A stretch of DNA of 63,145 nucleotides, the filler included, from Octopus bimaculoides (taxonomy: Eukaryota), in the NCBI RefSeq assembly GCF_001194135.2. It is 6 parts of 6 records of this genome, joined end to end, with 100 filler letters (N's around TTAATTAATTAA, not from the genome) between each part and the next. Parts side by side here need not be neighbours in the genome. Positions count along the whole stretch, not along the records: positions 37,471 to 50,027 come from NC_068981.1; positions 50,128 to 58,678 come from NC_068997.1; 4 more parts are not named here. The stretch is one strand, 5' to 3'. How positions within the stretch are numbered: position 1 is the stretch's first letter; each line of letters opens with the position of its first letter. A program made the translations under genes and the position numbers. Of the stretch, positions 41,272 to 53,260 are shown in pieces. The notes below the pieces were generated by a model that was given only the letters and a program-made list of their open reading frames with translations, did no database searches and was not told where the DNA came from.

Positions 41272-41363
41272 TATTTCCAACATATGTTTCGAAGATTACA
41301 AATTGTACCTTCCAAAGGAATAGGTGATGTTGATAAGGATGTAATCTTCTCTTCAGGGAAATA
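41272..41363 (-). ncRNA. Type I hammerhead ribozyme (HHR-2), palindromic stem III
   Basis: Minus strand: UAUUUCC CUGAAGA GAAGAUUACA [39-nt loop] UGUAAUCUUC GAAA CAUAUG U U^GGAAAUA. 7-bp stem I, 10-bp stem II, intact CUGANGA/GAAA core, palindromic stem III ACAUAUGU, GUU cleavage triplet (cut between 41279 and 41278). Confidence 0.85.
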
Positions 41364-42413
41364 CATAGGAACCAGCTTAACCGTAAGACATTTTAATCAA
41401 ATGTATTTTAACCGAATAATATATATACATACATATATATTTGTGTGTGTATGTGTGAGTTGTGTGTCTATGTAATGTATTTGTATGTGTGTGCATATAT
41501 ATATATGTATATATTATATACCCTAAACAATAAAATTTCCATATTAAACCAAAATAAATCTCTTCATACCTTTCAATCAATCCACATCCTACAAACACAT
41601 ACTATTTCTCCTCTAGTCACTTCCCTTCCTATACAAATACTTTCCCTGCCAATCTACGCCACACATAACTATCATTCACATTACTCCACCTACTGAAAAA
41701 CAACTTGTCAAAGATTATATAAAATCAGAAAGAACCAAAATAAAGCATTGTCTAATGAAAGAAGCAAGCTGAAACTTTGAAGTCATTGCAAACATTTTCC
41801 CTGTAGAAGTTAATAAGTATGTACTATACTTTAAAGTATTGAATAACCCTTCACTTTTATATGTTAAACTGTTATATATATATATATAAATAAATAATAT
41901 ATGAGTATATGCATATATATGTACATGTATGTACATACCTTCATCTACATGTATATATAGATGCATATCTGGGTACATGACGTTGCAAAAAAACCATGAA
42001 CAAAATGATAAACAAGGTATAGAAAACACACAGGCCACATAGAGAACATTTCCTTCATCAGCTGCCACCATTATAACACTGGCGTTTCGAAGAGTTAGGG
42101 CAGGACGCATCGTTACAAGGCTCTTCCCACGGACACAAATTAAATTTTTTCCATGGAGGAATGTAGTGGCAGACAGAAAACAAGACAGGAAAACGAAACA
42201 GTGAAATAAACAAAGAAGGCTATACGGCCGAACGTATCAAATAGGAGGTAGTACCCAGTTGCTAAATTTCCATTGAGTTTTCTCATCACATTCTTAATAT
42301 ACATATGAAGGGAAATATCCTATTTTATCTTTTAAAATTTATGCCTTACACTTACATAATACTTGACTTTTTTTTTTTTTTGTTTATATATATTTGTATA
42401 TATTTCCAAATAG

Positions 42414-42579
42414 TTACTATGGGTTTTGATGTCAGCAACAATACTTGGTCTGTTAATGCAACGACTTGCTGCAAGGCTGGGAGTTGTCACAGGCATGCAT
42501 CTTGCTGAGATTTGCTACACATATTACCACCGAATACCACGTTTGATATTATGGATTATGGTTGAAATTGCAATCATAG
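42414..42579 (+). CDS. SLC11A2: NRAMP/SLC11 coding exon (TM2 to TM3)
   Basis: Acceptor ccaaatAG after a T tract, donor G|GTAAGT, 166 nt, phase 0-1. Translates [55 protein letters not shown](G) and joins the previous exon in frame. Confidence 0.97.
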
Positions 42580-44049
42580 GTAAGTTTTATTTGGCCATGT
42601 TCTCTTGCTTTTCTTGAGTTAAGTTTGTTTGGAAAGTAATTTAATCTGAGATAGCAGTAAAAGAAAGAAAAGCATGTACTTACATATTAACTTCTACTTT
42701 GTTATCATTGTTTAATGATATTAATAACAATATTTATCATTAGATATCAAACTATTCTAACATACATTTACAGCATTGTTGTAACGTTAAAATGTATGTA
42801 TTGTTTATTTTCCCACATCAGTTTTGGTCAAGTAGATCTCTGATGAATGGCATTCCAGTCATAATCTTCTTGTTAGATGATACATTGATTCTAGAACTTC
42901 ATTATTCAATGTTGCGTTCTCTTTTAAAACAATGATGTATGATAAAGGGAGAAATTATTACTATTTCTTTCAAGCAGGTCCAGTACCCTCATAGGGGCTT
43001 CCTCACTGGCTTTTAATATGTGTTGTTAAGGGTGACAGTGAACCTAACCATTATCTTATTTATGTCATTAAATTCTTGTCATAAGTAATAGTATATTAAA
43101 AACTTTTCATTTCTCACATTGGTAAAAGTTTGTAAAATTATCATGTATGTATGTATGTATGGTGGTGGTGGAGGGGGGGACAGAGAAGCAGGTAGGTATT
43201 AACAATTTAACTCTTTAGCATTCAGATTATTCTATCAAATGTAATGCTTCTTTATTCACATTGTTTTTAATTACTCATGCATTATCTGATAGCTTTGGGG
43301 ATTTTGATGATATGATTTCTTATTTTTAGAATAACATTGTAGGATAGTTATTGGAGGTCAGATCTGGTTGGTTTGAACATTAAACAGGTAAATATTTGGG
43401 CCGGATATGGCTGGTTTAAATGCTAAAGGGTTAATATTCCCTAATATATTGTTAGTTTTGTTTTTTATTTTATCTACTCTGGAAAGATAAAATGCACCAT
43501 CCCTCATTACTTAATGATGTGATAGAGGTAAATGATAAAGGGATGTTGGTGATGGTGGGTTGAATATGGACAGGTCTGAATCCCAACTGTCATCATCACC
43601 ACCACCTACTTAACATCCATCTTGTAATGCTTGAATGGTCTTCTCCATCCTAGCAGATTGTCACTTATCAGGTTTAGCATCTTGATATCAGTCTTCACCT
43701 TTTTGTTTCTCATCTTCTACCTAAATCTTCACCATGGGTTTCATCCTCATCTAGCCTTGACACTCTTTGACTCTTCAGTATTTGGATTATTCTCTCAAAT
43801 ATAATGTTTATTTATTCACAATGTTTTCAATTGATCATGCATTATCTTGTAGCTTCAAGATGTCAAGGATGTGAGAGTTTATTTTTCGGATGATATAGGA
43901 TAGGTGTGAGAGGCTGTAGCCAGTTTGAACATAAAACAGAATATTTAGGCCAGATAAGACCTGTTTAGTAGAAGACACTTGCCCAAGGTGTCATGCAGTG
44001 GGACTGAACCTAGAACCATGTGGTTGGGAAGCAGAGAGTTAACTGATAT

Positions 44050-44460
44050 CTTCCATACACATCCAATGCTCATACCACTGTAGTCTTCTCTCTTGCACAC
44101 TATCTATGATTCGTTTTATATCCAGCTTTTCTCTCAGCTCATTTGCATCCATGCTCAATAACATGCATCCAGTAGAGCATGTTGCCTCATTACCATGGAG
44201 AATTGTACTTCATATAAGCATTATACAATCTGCTCTTTACTCAAAGAGAGAAACTCTTTATTACTAGAGATAGCTACTCCTTAAACTTTTCAACCCTGTT
44301 CTTATTCTGGCTATTATACTTCCTGAAAGCCTATCTTCACTGTTAACTAACTCACTTAGGTAACAACTATCAACTACTTCTAGGGAGTTATCTGAACATT
44401 TAAAGGAATTTATTTCATATGAAGTTTTGCTTTTGATAGCATTTGTGCATCTGCCACTTA
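44050..44460 (-). mobile_element. RTE-clade LINE fragment in NRAMP intron
   Basis: SLEVVDSCYLSELVNSEDRLSGSIIARIRTGLKSLR resembles the RTE RT thumb region. Confidence 0.65.
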
Positions 44461-44842
44461 CGAAGTCTATCTTCTCTGTTAGCCTATTAATGATCTCACT
44501 ATATTTCTTGTGCTTCTGTACCTCCATACTAGACACTGAATACACTGTCATAGTTTATGCTTTTATGTTTGTTTGTTCATTCCTTTTTCATGTTAGCTGG
44601 TTGGATTAGAATTTATTTGAAGTTGGATTTTATGGCCAGATGCTCTTCCAGTTGCCATTCTTTACTTGTCTTTTTAAGAATAAAGGATTTATGCTAGACA
44701 TCTCTGAAAGCACAGAGTGACTAGTCATAAAGTACATAAGTATTGTCAACATTATTGCCATTTTGCTCAAGCTGAGAGAGATGTAGAACATAGACATTCC
44801 TCTGCATTCACATACATATGCACACACTTCACACTTGCATGG

Positions 44843-44878
<36 letters not shown>

Positions 44879-45792
44879 TCTTTTATTCTTTTACTTGTTT
44901 CAGTCATTTGACCGCAGTCATGCTCGAGCACTGCCTTTAGTTGAACAAATCGACTCCAGGATTTATTCTTTGTAAGCCTAGTACTTATTCTATTGGTCTC
45001 TTTTGCTGAACCACTAAATTACGGAGATGTAAACGCATCAAGCGATGGTGGGGGGACAAACAAATGTACACACACACACACATCTGATAGACTTCTTTCA
45101 GTTTCCATATACTAAATCCACTCACAAGGCTTTGGTCGGCCCAAAGCTATAGTAGAAGGCACTTGCCCAAAGTGTCATGCAGTGGGACTGAACCAGGAAC
45201 CATGTGGTTGGGAAGCAGTTCATTTTCCATGCTGGAAAATATATATGGTTATCATCATCATTTTGATGTCCACTTTTCCATGCTTGTATCAGTCAGATGA
45301 AATTTGCTGAAGAAGATTTTTACTAAAGCAGGATGCCCCACCTGTCACCAACCCTCACCTGTTTCCAAGTAATTTACTGACTGATCATTGATATCTACTA
45401 AAAAAATGCAACCAACGAGGGAGCCTTTCCATCATTGTTTGACCTGCATGATTTAATGAAATATTTGAATATATATGCAATAATTCTAAAGCTGTAAACA
45501 AATGCTTTTAGTTGTTGAGAGATGTAATTTTACAATTAAAACTAAATTCAAAAATTTTCTTTACTTGTTTCATAAAATAAAACCAGTTTTCAAATCCTCA
45601 CTGAAACAAGTTTGGACGTAGAAATGTGTGTGTGCACTCGTGCATGCCTGCAACCGCTATTAGTCAAGTCAAGGTCAATCATGTATTGAAGGAAAGAATT
45701 TGACCTAGTTTGGCCTAAAGGCAATAACATTTTTCCTATCAATTTTTATATCTTTATATACATTTATACTTACACAAACACATTTTTTTTGT

Positions 45793-45940
45793 GTTGGCAC
45801 TCCGTCGCCTACGACGTCGAGGGTTCCAGTTGATCCGATCAACGGAACAGCCTGCTCGTGAAATTAACGTGCAAGTGGCTGAGCACTCCACAGACACGTG
45901 TACCCTTAACGTAGTTCTCGGGGATATTCAGTGTGACAAG
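45793..45940 (+). repeat. Dispersed SINE-like family with a GTTCC-AGTTGATC-C-GATCAAC-GGAAC hairpin
   Basis: Copies at 30573-30640 (-) and 53279-53480 (+). Confidence 0.6.
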
Positions 45941-46680
45941 GCTTGGAAGTTGTTTTCTGTAAGTGAGTCAAGGACCTTCTGTGATATGCTCTTGATCTCG
46001 AGAATGATGTTAAAACAGCAACTTTCGAGCTGCATTTTCACCTTGAGGAAGAGATGGATTTCTGCAGATGCTAAATCTGTCAAATAGGGCAGGTGCAGAA
46101 GCAATACCATGTTGTTTTTGGCAAGAAACTCACAAGTGAGGAGAGTTCAGTGACAGAGTGCATTGTCATCATGAAGAATTCAATACTTCACCCTCCACAG
46201 ATTCGGTTATTTTTGCTGAATCTCCTCCCTCAAATGCTTCAAAGCTTCACAGTAGAACTCTCGATTGAAAGTCTAACTCTGGGGGATGAATTCTTGATGC
46301 ACAATGTGAAGATCATGCTGTTGATTGAGCTGTGGCTCTGTTGTGCCTTCTTTGGTCATGGAGGTGAAGGGCTCTTCCATAGTGGTGACTGTTGCTTTGT
46401 CTCAGAGTTGTACCGGTAGCAGACTTCCCAAGTTTAATGCAAAATTTCATGTTGGCTCTTTGTTTCAACTTCCTGTCCATTACATAGATCACAGATTACA
46501 ACATTCACATGATTGCAAAAATACAAATTTCACAACTTGCAAAGTAAAAACACTGTCACTCGGCACACTACCTCATGAAGGTCAATGCTAGCTCTCAATT
46601 GCACACACAGCCTTGCACTGCCATCTGTTGGCGTGCTATGGAACTGGTCTGGGAATTCTTTGATACCATGTTGTAATTCT
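45930..46680 (-). mobile_element. Decayed mariner (DD34D) transposase relic
   Basis: Minus frames give MDRKLKQRANMKFCIKLGKSAT (mariner N-terminus) and HLPYLTDLASAEIHLFLKVKMQLESCCFNIILEIKSISQKVLDSLTENNFQA (degenerate YSPDL region), with stops and frameshifts. Confidence 0.8.
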
Positions 46681-46862
46681 TTCATTCGTTCAACCATTTC
46701 ATTCTGAATACAAGGTGTATGTGTGTGTATGTATGCATGCATGTATCTTTGTATGTGTGTATGTTTGCATTTGTCTGCATATACATCTATGCTTGTGTTC
46801 ATGCATGTAAATTATGATTGTATGGAAATTGATTTAATCAATGATTATAATAAATATTTCAG

Positions 46863-46923
46863 GTTCAGATATGCAGGAAGTCATAGGAACAGCAACAGCT
46901 CTTTATTTACTTTCAAATGAAAA
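46863..46923 (+). CDS. SLC11A2: NRAMP/SLC11 coding exon (TM3)
   Basis: Acceptor atttcAG, donor AA|GTAAGT, 61 nt, phase 1-2. Translates (G)SDMQEVIGTATALYLLSNE(K), continuing the conserved IIGSDMQEVIG motif in frame. Confidence 0.95.
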
Positions 46924-48499
46924 GTAAGTGAGAAAAGTTAAATAATTCATTCAATAAATTTGTGTTTGTGTATATGTGTGTACATCTATGTGCAACTTTT
47001 ATTTGATATGTTTTCTTGAACACATCTTCTTTGAAAAACTCCCGCAATGGTACATGACAACTTAATCTCTTGAGCATCATCCAGACCCACTTGCAACATT
47101 CTTGTATCATATTCTCTACACATGGAATGCTAACAAATTAAATCCTCAAACTTGCTACTTAAGCAAGGTTAGGTCTTGCAATTTATTATGATCTCTCATG
47201 GCAATGTCACTTCTCTAACATCCTGGAAATTAAGTTTCTCCTTCAGAACTAGAAAATATATCTCTGTATTTAAGCAGTGGAAAATATAAAGAATTCAGGA
47301 ATTACATTGCCAACATACACCACTAGCTCTGATAGTCAAGCCTTTTCTCACCAACACTGGAAATCCTCATCTGACTATTAGTTTCTACTTCTTAAAAATA
47401 AAACTCAGAGGCCTGCATATATCTATTGTCAGAAGCTTCAAGTTTTTGGTGTATATTTTGTTAGCCCAGTTGTTGAGTTACTATAAAGTTTAATTAAGAT
47501 TCATATTAGAGCACTACTCACATATATGGGAAAGTGTTGTGGACACATGTATGTATATCCTACATCCAATCTAAAAGAAGGCCATTTAGCTGATTGATAA
47601 ACATTCACTTGTCAATATGGCACAACCTTAGACTTTTTCTTTTTCTGTATCTTTTACTGTAACTATAAAACTTATGTTGAACTAGCAAGCTTCATATCAC
47701 CTTCACATAGGTCTACCTATTGCACTTGTCACTCCTTTCATAATTCTTATTAATGATGAGATGAAAGACAGGCCTCCCCAATTACTGCACTAGTACTATT
47801 TTATATCCTTCTTTCCCAGGGTTTCAACTCTCTAGAATCACCATTCACATATTTCTGATAAGCATTGACCTATAGAATGTCTAGTTGGATGTCAGCCATA
47901 CTGGTTGGGAAATTAGTCTGGTGGAGATTATTTCAGACATTTCTCTCCAATGACATTCTAGTTTCTTCCATTACACTATATTTATATTTCTTATTACTTT
48001 TCTCTCATCCTCTAATTAACTTATCATTAGCATACATTCTCCTTTTAATTGTCAATTAACATACATGCTTCTCCTCTAGCTAGATAAATGTGACAGTTGA
48101 CATTAGATCTAGCTTTCTGCTACCTCTTTTCTTTATCTTCATTCTAGGCTTGCCACTGTGTTATCACACTATCATCATGCTATCTAGTATTTGGCTGGAC
48201 TCTGCTCTTGCTCAAAAGTTAGTCAGTGACAGGCGTTAATATATTTTTTAAGAATGCCCATCCATTTCTTATGTAAGGTTCTTTTTTTCATTCACAACTC
48301 TAGCTGTCTTGATCTTAAAGTCCGTGTTGCATTTGAAGATTTCATTCATGTATGTCACAGGGTTCTGGAATCCTTAAGCCCTTTATTTCTTGAGCTGTAG
48401 TCATATCACCCATCTCTATCCGTCTTCCAGTTTCTCCTCATTAGGCTCATGCAGAATTTATTCCTCATTTCTGTTAATACTGTTTCTGGAACATAATGG

Positions 48500-48878
48500 C
48501 CCGTAAATAGCACCATTTGAGCGTAATCGTTACCAGCATTGCCTTCTAGTACTTGTGTTGGTGGCACGTTAGAAAATCATTTGAGCAAGGTTGTTGCCAG
48601 TGCCACTGGACTGACTCCCGTGCAGGTTGCACGTAAAAAACACCTTTTTGAGCGTAGCTGTTGCCAGTACCGCCTGACTGGCCCTTGTGCCGGTGACACG
48701 TAAAAGCACCCACTACACTCTCGGAGTGGTTGGCATTAGGAAGGGCATCCAGCTGTAGAAACTCTGCCAGATCAAATTGGAGCCTGGTGCAGCCTGGTGG
48801 CTTGCCAGTCCTCAGTCAAATCGTCCAACCCATGCTAGCATGGAAAGTAGACGATAAACGATGATGATGATGATGTAA
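48500..48878 (+). mobile_element. Meta-domain SINE with RTE-type 3' tail
   Basis: Internal tandem units ending CACGTAAAA, Meta-like GGCATTAGGAAGGGCATCCAGCTGTAGAAA, tail CATGGAAAGTAGACGATAAACGATGATGATG. Confidence 0.65.
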
Positions 48879-49179
48879 TATCTGTTATGTTATCTATCAA
48901 TAGCCTGAGCATTATAATTTTATTTTGTACTTTAATATTTTGGCTATAAAGACACACTATAATAGAAAGAGCAAGATGTGAACTTTCGACTATGGTGATT
49001 AGGATTCTATCTCATCAATTTCCCAGCCATCATAACTCTTAGAATGACCTACAAAAATATGTTTTATAAAAATCACTTAAGAAATTAGAGTTTGAAGGAA
49101 GACAACATTTATTCAGTATTCTAACTTTGACGAGTTCTAATTGTGAACTGAAAACTTGTACTGGGAAGTAAATAGTGGC

Positions 49180-50027
49180 TGTGTGGTAAGAGCTTGCTTC
49201 CCAACCACATGGTTCTGGATTCAATTCCACTGCATGGCACCTTGGGCAAGTCTCTTCTATTATAGCCCCAGGTCGACAAAGCCTTGTGAATGGATTTAGT
49301 AGACAGAAACTGAAAGAAACACATTGTGTGGCAAGCCAAGTGAGACCTAAATCTAAGGCCTCAACCAGTCCACTTATGCGTACCTTCCTTCATTGGACAC
49401 TAAACTCTACTTGCGAAGACCTGTTGAGGCAAGTGAAATCGAAACCGAGTTAAATTGGACACTAAACTCCACTTGCGAAGACCTGTTGAGGCAAGTGAAA
49501 TCGAAATTGAGCAAAATTCGACGACTGCCACCCATGCCAATGTCGTCTCCTTCATTAAACACAAAACTCTGCTTGCGAAGACTTATTGGGGCATGCGAAA
49601 TCGAAATCGTGATGGCACCTGTGCCCAGCATCGCCTTTCTGGCACTTGTGCCCGCGGCATGTGTATAGACTATCGAGCGAGATCGTTGCCAGTGCCCCTA
49701 GACTGACTCTTGTACGGGTGACACATAAAATACACCATTTTGAGCATGGCCATTGTCAGTACCGCCTGACTAGCCTTCGTGCCGATGGCACGTAAAAGCA
49801 CCCACTACACTCTCTGAGTGGTTGGCATTGGGAAGGGTATCCAGCTGTAGAAACTCTGCCAAATGCTGTGCGTGAGAAGACCCGGCAAGCCAAATGAGAC
49901 CTAAATCTAAGGCCTCAGCCAGTCCACTTATGCGTACCTTCCTTTATTGGACACTAAACTCCACTTGCGAAGACCTGTTGAGGCAAGTGAAATCGAAATC
50001 GAGTTAAATTCGACGACTGGCACCTAT
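49180..50027 (+). mobile_element. CORE-like SINE head followed by a tandemly repeated Meta-domain element
   Basis: Head at 49180-49320. The unit starting GCAAGCCAAGTGAGACC at 49331 recurs at 49885 and contains internal repeats of GGACACTAAACTCCACTTGCGAAGACCTGTTGAGGCAAGTGAAATCG. Confidence 0.6.
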
Positions 50028-50127
50028 NNNNNNNNNNNNNNNNNNNNNNNNNNNNNNNNNNNNNNNNNNNNTTAATTAATTAANNNNNNNNNNNNNNNNN
50101 NNNNNNNNNNNNNNNNNNNNNNNNNNN

Positions 50128-50976
50128 CGTTTTGTTTGCAATGTCCTGTACCCAGATATGCACCTATATATACAGGTAGACGTAGGTATGCACATACCTG
50201 TACGTATATATGCATATACTCATTTATTATTTGTTTTACGTGATTGAACGCCTGCGTCATTCCCTGTAAGTAGTTTTGAACTTTATATATTTTGACGCGA
50301 CTCTATCTATCTCTATCTCTATAACTTTTCCCCCTCTCCTTATTCCTTCTGTCACTACTATATTTCTCTCTTCCTCTCTTTCTCTCGTTGCTCACCTATT
50401 CTTCTACCTCCTCCCCTTGTTTCTCCCTCTACCACTCTCTCTCTTCCTTACCCCTCCCTGGTCACATGCTTCCGGTCACTTATCCTTTTCTTCCTTGGCT
50501 ATCGCCAAGCAAACACGCGAACTAGTTCGTCCCGCTTCTAGTTCGTTGCTTCACAGCGTTCCACATACACATAATTTTTCACGTCTGGCCGTATAGCCCT
50601 TTCCGTTTGTTTTCCTGTCTTGTTTTCTTTTCCGCTTGTTTTCCTGTTTTGTTTTCTGTCCGCCACTACATTCCTCCATGGTACAGTTTAATTTGTTGTA
50701 ACAAATTTAATTTGTGATCCATGGGAAGAGCCATTTTAACGATGCGTCCTGCCCTACTCTTCGAAACGTCTGTGTTAGAATGGGGGTAGCTGATGAAGGA
50801 AAACGTTTTCTATGTTGCCTCTGTGTGTTCTGTAATCTGGTTATTATAATTTTTTTTGTCTACGCTTTGTTTGCAATGTCCTGTACCCAGATATGCACCT
50901 ATATATATATATATATATATACAGGTAGATGTAGGTATGCACATACCTGTACGTATATATGCATATACTCATTTAT
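50128..50976 (+). repeat. About 740-bp unit of an unclassified repeat, directly repeated at its ends and bounded by gaps
   Basis: GTTTGCAATGTCCTGTACCCAGATATGCACC...CATATACTCATTTATT occurs at both about 50133 and about 50870. Related copies at 41870-42240 (-) and 30690-30839. Confidence 0.6.
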
Positions 50977-52888
50977 TNNNNNNNNNNNNNNNNNNNNNNN
51001 NNNNNNNNNNNNNNNNNNNNNNNNNNNNNNNNNNNNNNNNNNNNNNNNNNNNNNNNNNNNNNNNNNNNNNNNNNNNNNNNNNNNNNNNNNNNNNNNNNNN
51101 NNNNNNNNNNNNNNNNNNNNNNNNNNNNNNNNNNNNNNNNNNNNNNNNNNNNNNNNNNNNNNNNNNNNNNNNNNNNNNNNNNNNNNNNNNNNNNNNNNNN
51201 NNNNNNNNNNNNNNNNNNNNNNNNNNNNNNNNNNNNNNNNNNNNNNNNNNNNNNNNNNNNNNNNNNNNNNNNNNNNNNNNNNNNNNNNNNNNNNNNNNNN
51301 NNNNNNNNNNNNNNNNNNNNNNNNNNNNNNNNNNNNNNNNNNNNNNNNNNNNNNNNNNNNNNNNNNNNNNNNNNNNNNNNNNNNNNNNNNNNNNNNNNNN
51401 NNNNNNNNNNNNNNNNNNNNNNNNNNNNNNNNNNNNNNNNNNNNNNNNNNNNNTATATATATACATATATTTATCCATCCATTCATCTATCTGTCTGTCC
51501 GTCTAGTTGTCTGTCTGTCTGTCTATCTATCTACCTATCTATCAATCTTTCTGTCTGTCTTGCTGGCTGGCTATATATCTATTTATTTGCCTCTCTATTT
51601 AGCTAGCTGGGTACATAGATAACATTCACATCTAGTTAACTGATATAATTCTAGTGAAATTGTCTTTCTGTTCTGTAATTAAGGTGTATACTTCTAAGTG
51701 TTCAACTGAACTTAACCTTATAATATACCTTTAAATATTCTACTTAGAGGCTAAAATTACTATATAAATTAGACTCAAGTTGGCACTCAATTTAGCTTAT
51801 AAATTATTCATTTATCTCTCCAAATCCTAAGTGAAATTCTCTACATGAAGTAAGTTAGGTGAATATCTCGAGGTAGCTAACTGAAACAGCTCTCTAAATT
51901 ATATATAAATTGTCACTAAAATTTTGGAAACATAGTCAAGCATATTACACGATAAATAGTACATGCTCGGAGATACTGTACAACTACTTTTATTGAATTA
52001 TCTGTAACCTAGCCAGTTTTATTCAACTAAGCTTTCGTTTTGTGCGTAATTAGTCGTTGTCATTTTGTTGACATGGTATATATCGCCGTACAATTAAGAA
52101 GAACCAATCGAAACATTTCTAATTTTTCTCACATAATTACATGTAAACAATTAGACGGTTTCCACCTTCGCACGTAATTATCAGCAACCAAAATAAAATA
52201 TTCTGTAATTATCTGCGTCTTAAGCTATGAGCATCGAACTCTAAATATAAATAACAGTAGACAAACGACAAATTCGTCAAACTCCCGACTTAATGAACCG
52301 CGATAATCTAGAAATTTAATACAACTTTCTTACCTAATTAACCCCACTCTTGCACAAATTTACAAACCGTTGGTAGATAATCAAGCACAGCCCATTTTGA
52401 ATTGTTTTTACAATGTTTTGTATAAGATTCCAATAAAATTCTAAATTAAATTTCGAACTGTTGGGGAAAGAAAACTAATGGCATATCAATATCGTTAGGA
52501 CTCCAAGAATTGTATTGATCAAATTTCTGTTGTTAGATATAGCCACAGAACAGTCAGTAGGAAACTAAAATTGGAAAGTTACATTGTTTCAATATTAGCC
52601 CCTTATTGTGAAGGATACATCGTGTGAAATTCCATATCGTTTGCAATGAGATTTAAGGGATTTCAGTCTAATAAAAATATTCTAACACATTTAATGTAGA
52701 CAGTCATGAATTATTAATTCATTAAAATTATGACGCTAGTGTGATGAAAGTATCATTCATTCGTTATAGAATCTGATCAAAACAGGCAAGAGAGATAACC
52801 GCGGATTTTTCGCTAATTAAAGTTAATGAAAGCTAACATATAACGTAATAAGGTGATGAGTGGATGTGTTTCTAGCAGCACTGCAACA

Positions 52889-52931
52889 ATTTTGGACATG
52901 TTTCGTCCAAATTACAACTCATTAACCAAAT
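52889..52931 (-). ncRNA. Decayed hammerhead ribozyme relic
   Basis: Minus strand: AUUUGG UUAAUGA GU...AC GAAA CAUG U C CAAAAU. Palindromic stem III ACAUGU, GUC triplet, stem I 5/6 paired. The core differs from CUGAUGA by two transitions, including G5, so it is predicted inactive. Confidence 0.45.
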
Positions 52932-53176
52932 CTAGCCGTTACCAGCAGTGCCAATGATGACTCTTTCTCTGTCTGTCTGTCTACCTGTCTGTCTGTCTAC
53001 CTGTCTGTCTCTTCCCTCCCTCTCTCTTTCCTCTCTCTCTCTCTCCATGATTATGTGCATGTGTTAGTATGTGTGTGTATGTTTCTATGTAAATATGTAT
53101 ATATATACGCACATATATACATACATATAAATACATACATACATACACATACATATATACATGCATACACACACGT

Positions 53177-53215
<39 letters not shown>

Positions 53216-53227
53216 AACACATGTGCA

Positions 53228-53260
<33 letters not shown>

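Noticed and set aside
49390-49620. CRISPR-like repeat-spacer pattern
   Set aside because: Degenerate tandem subunits of a eukaryotic SINE-like element, with no unique spacers and no cas genes.
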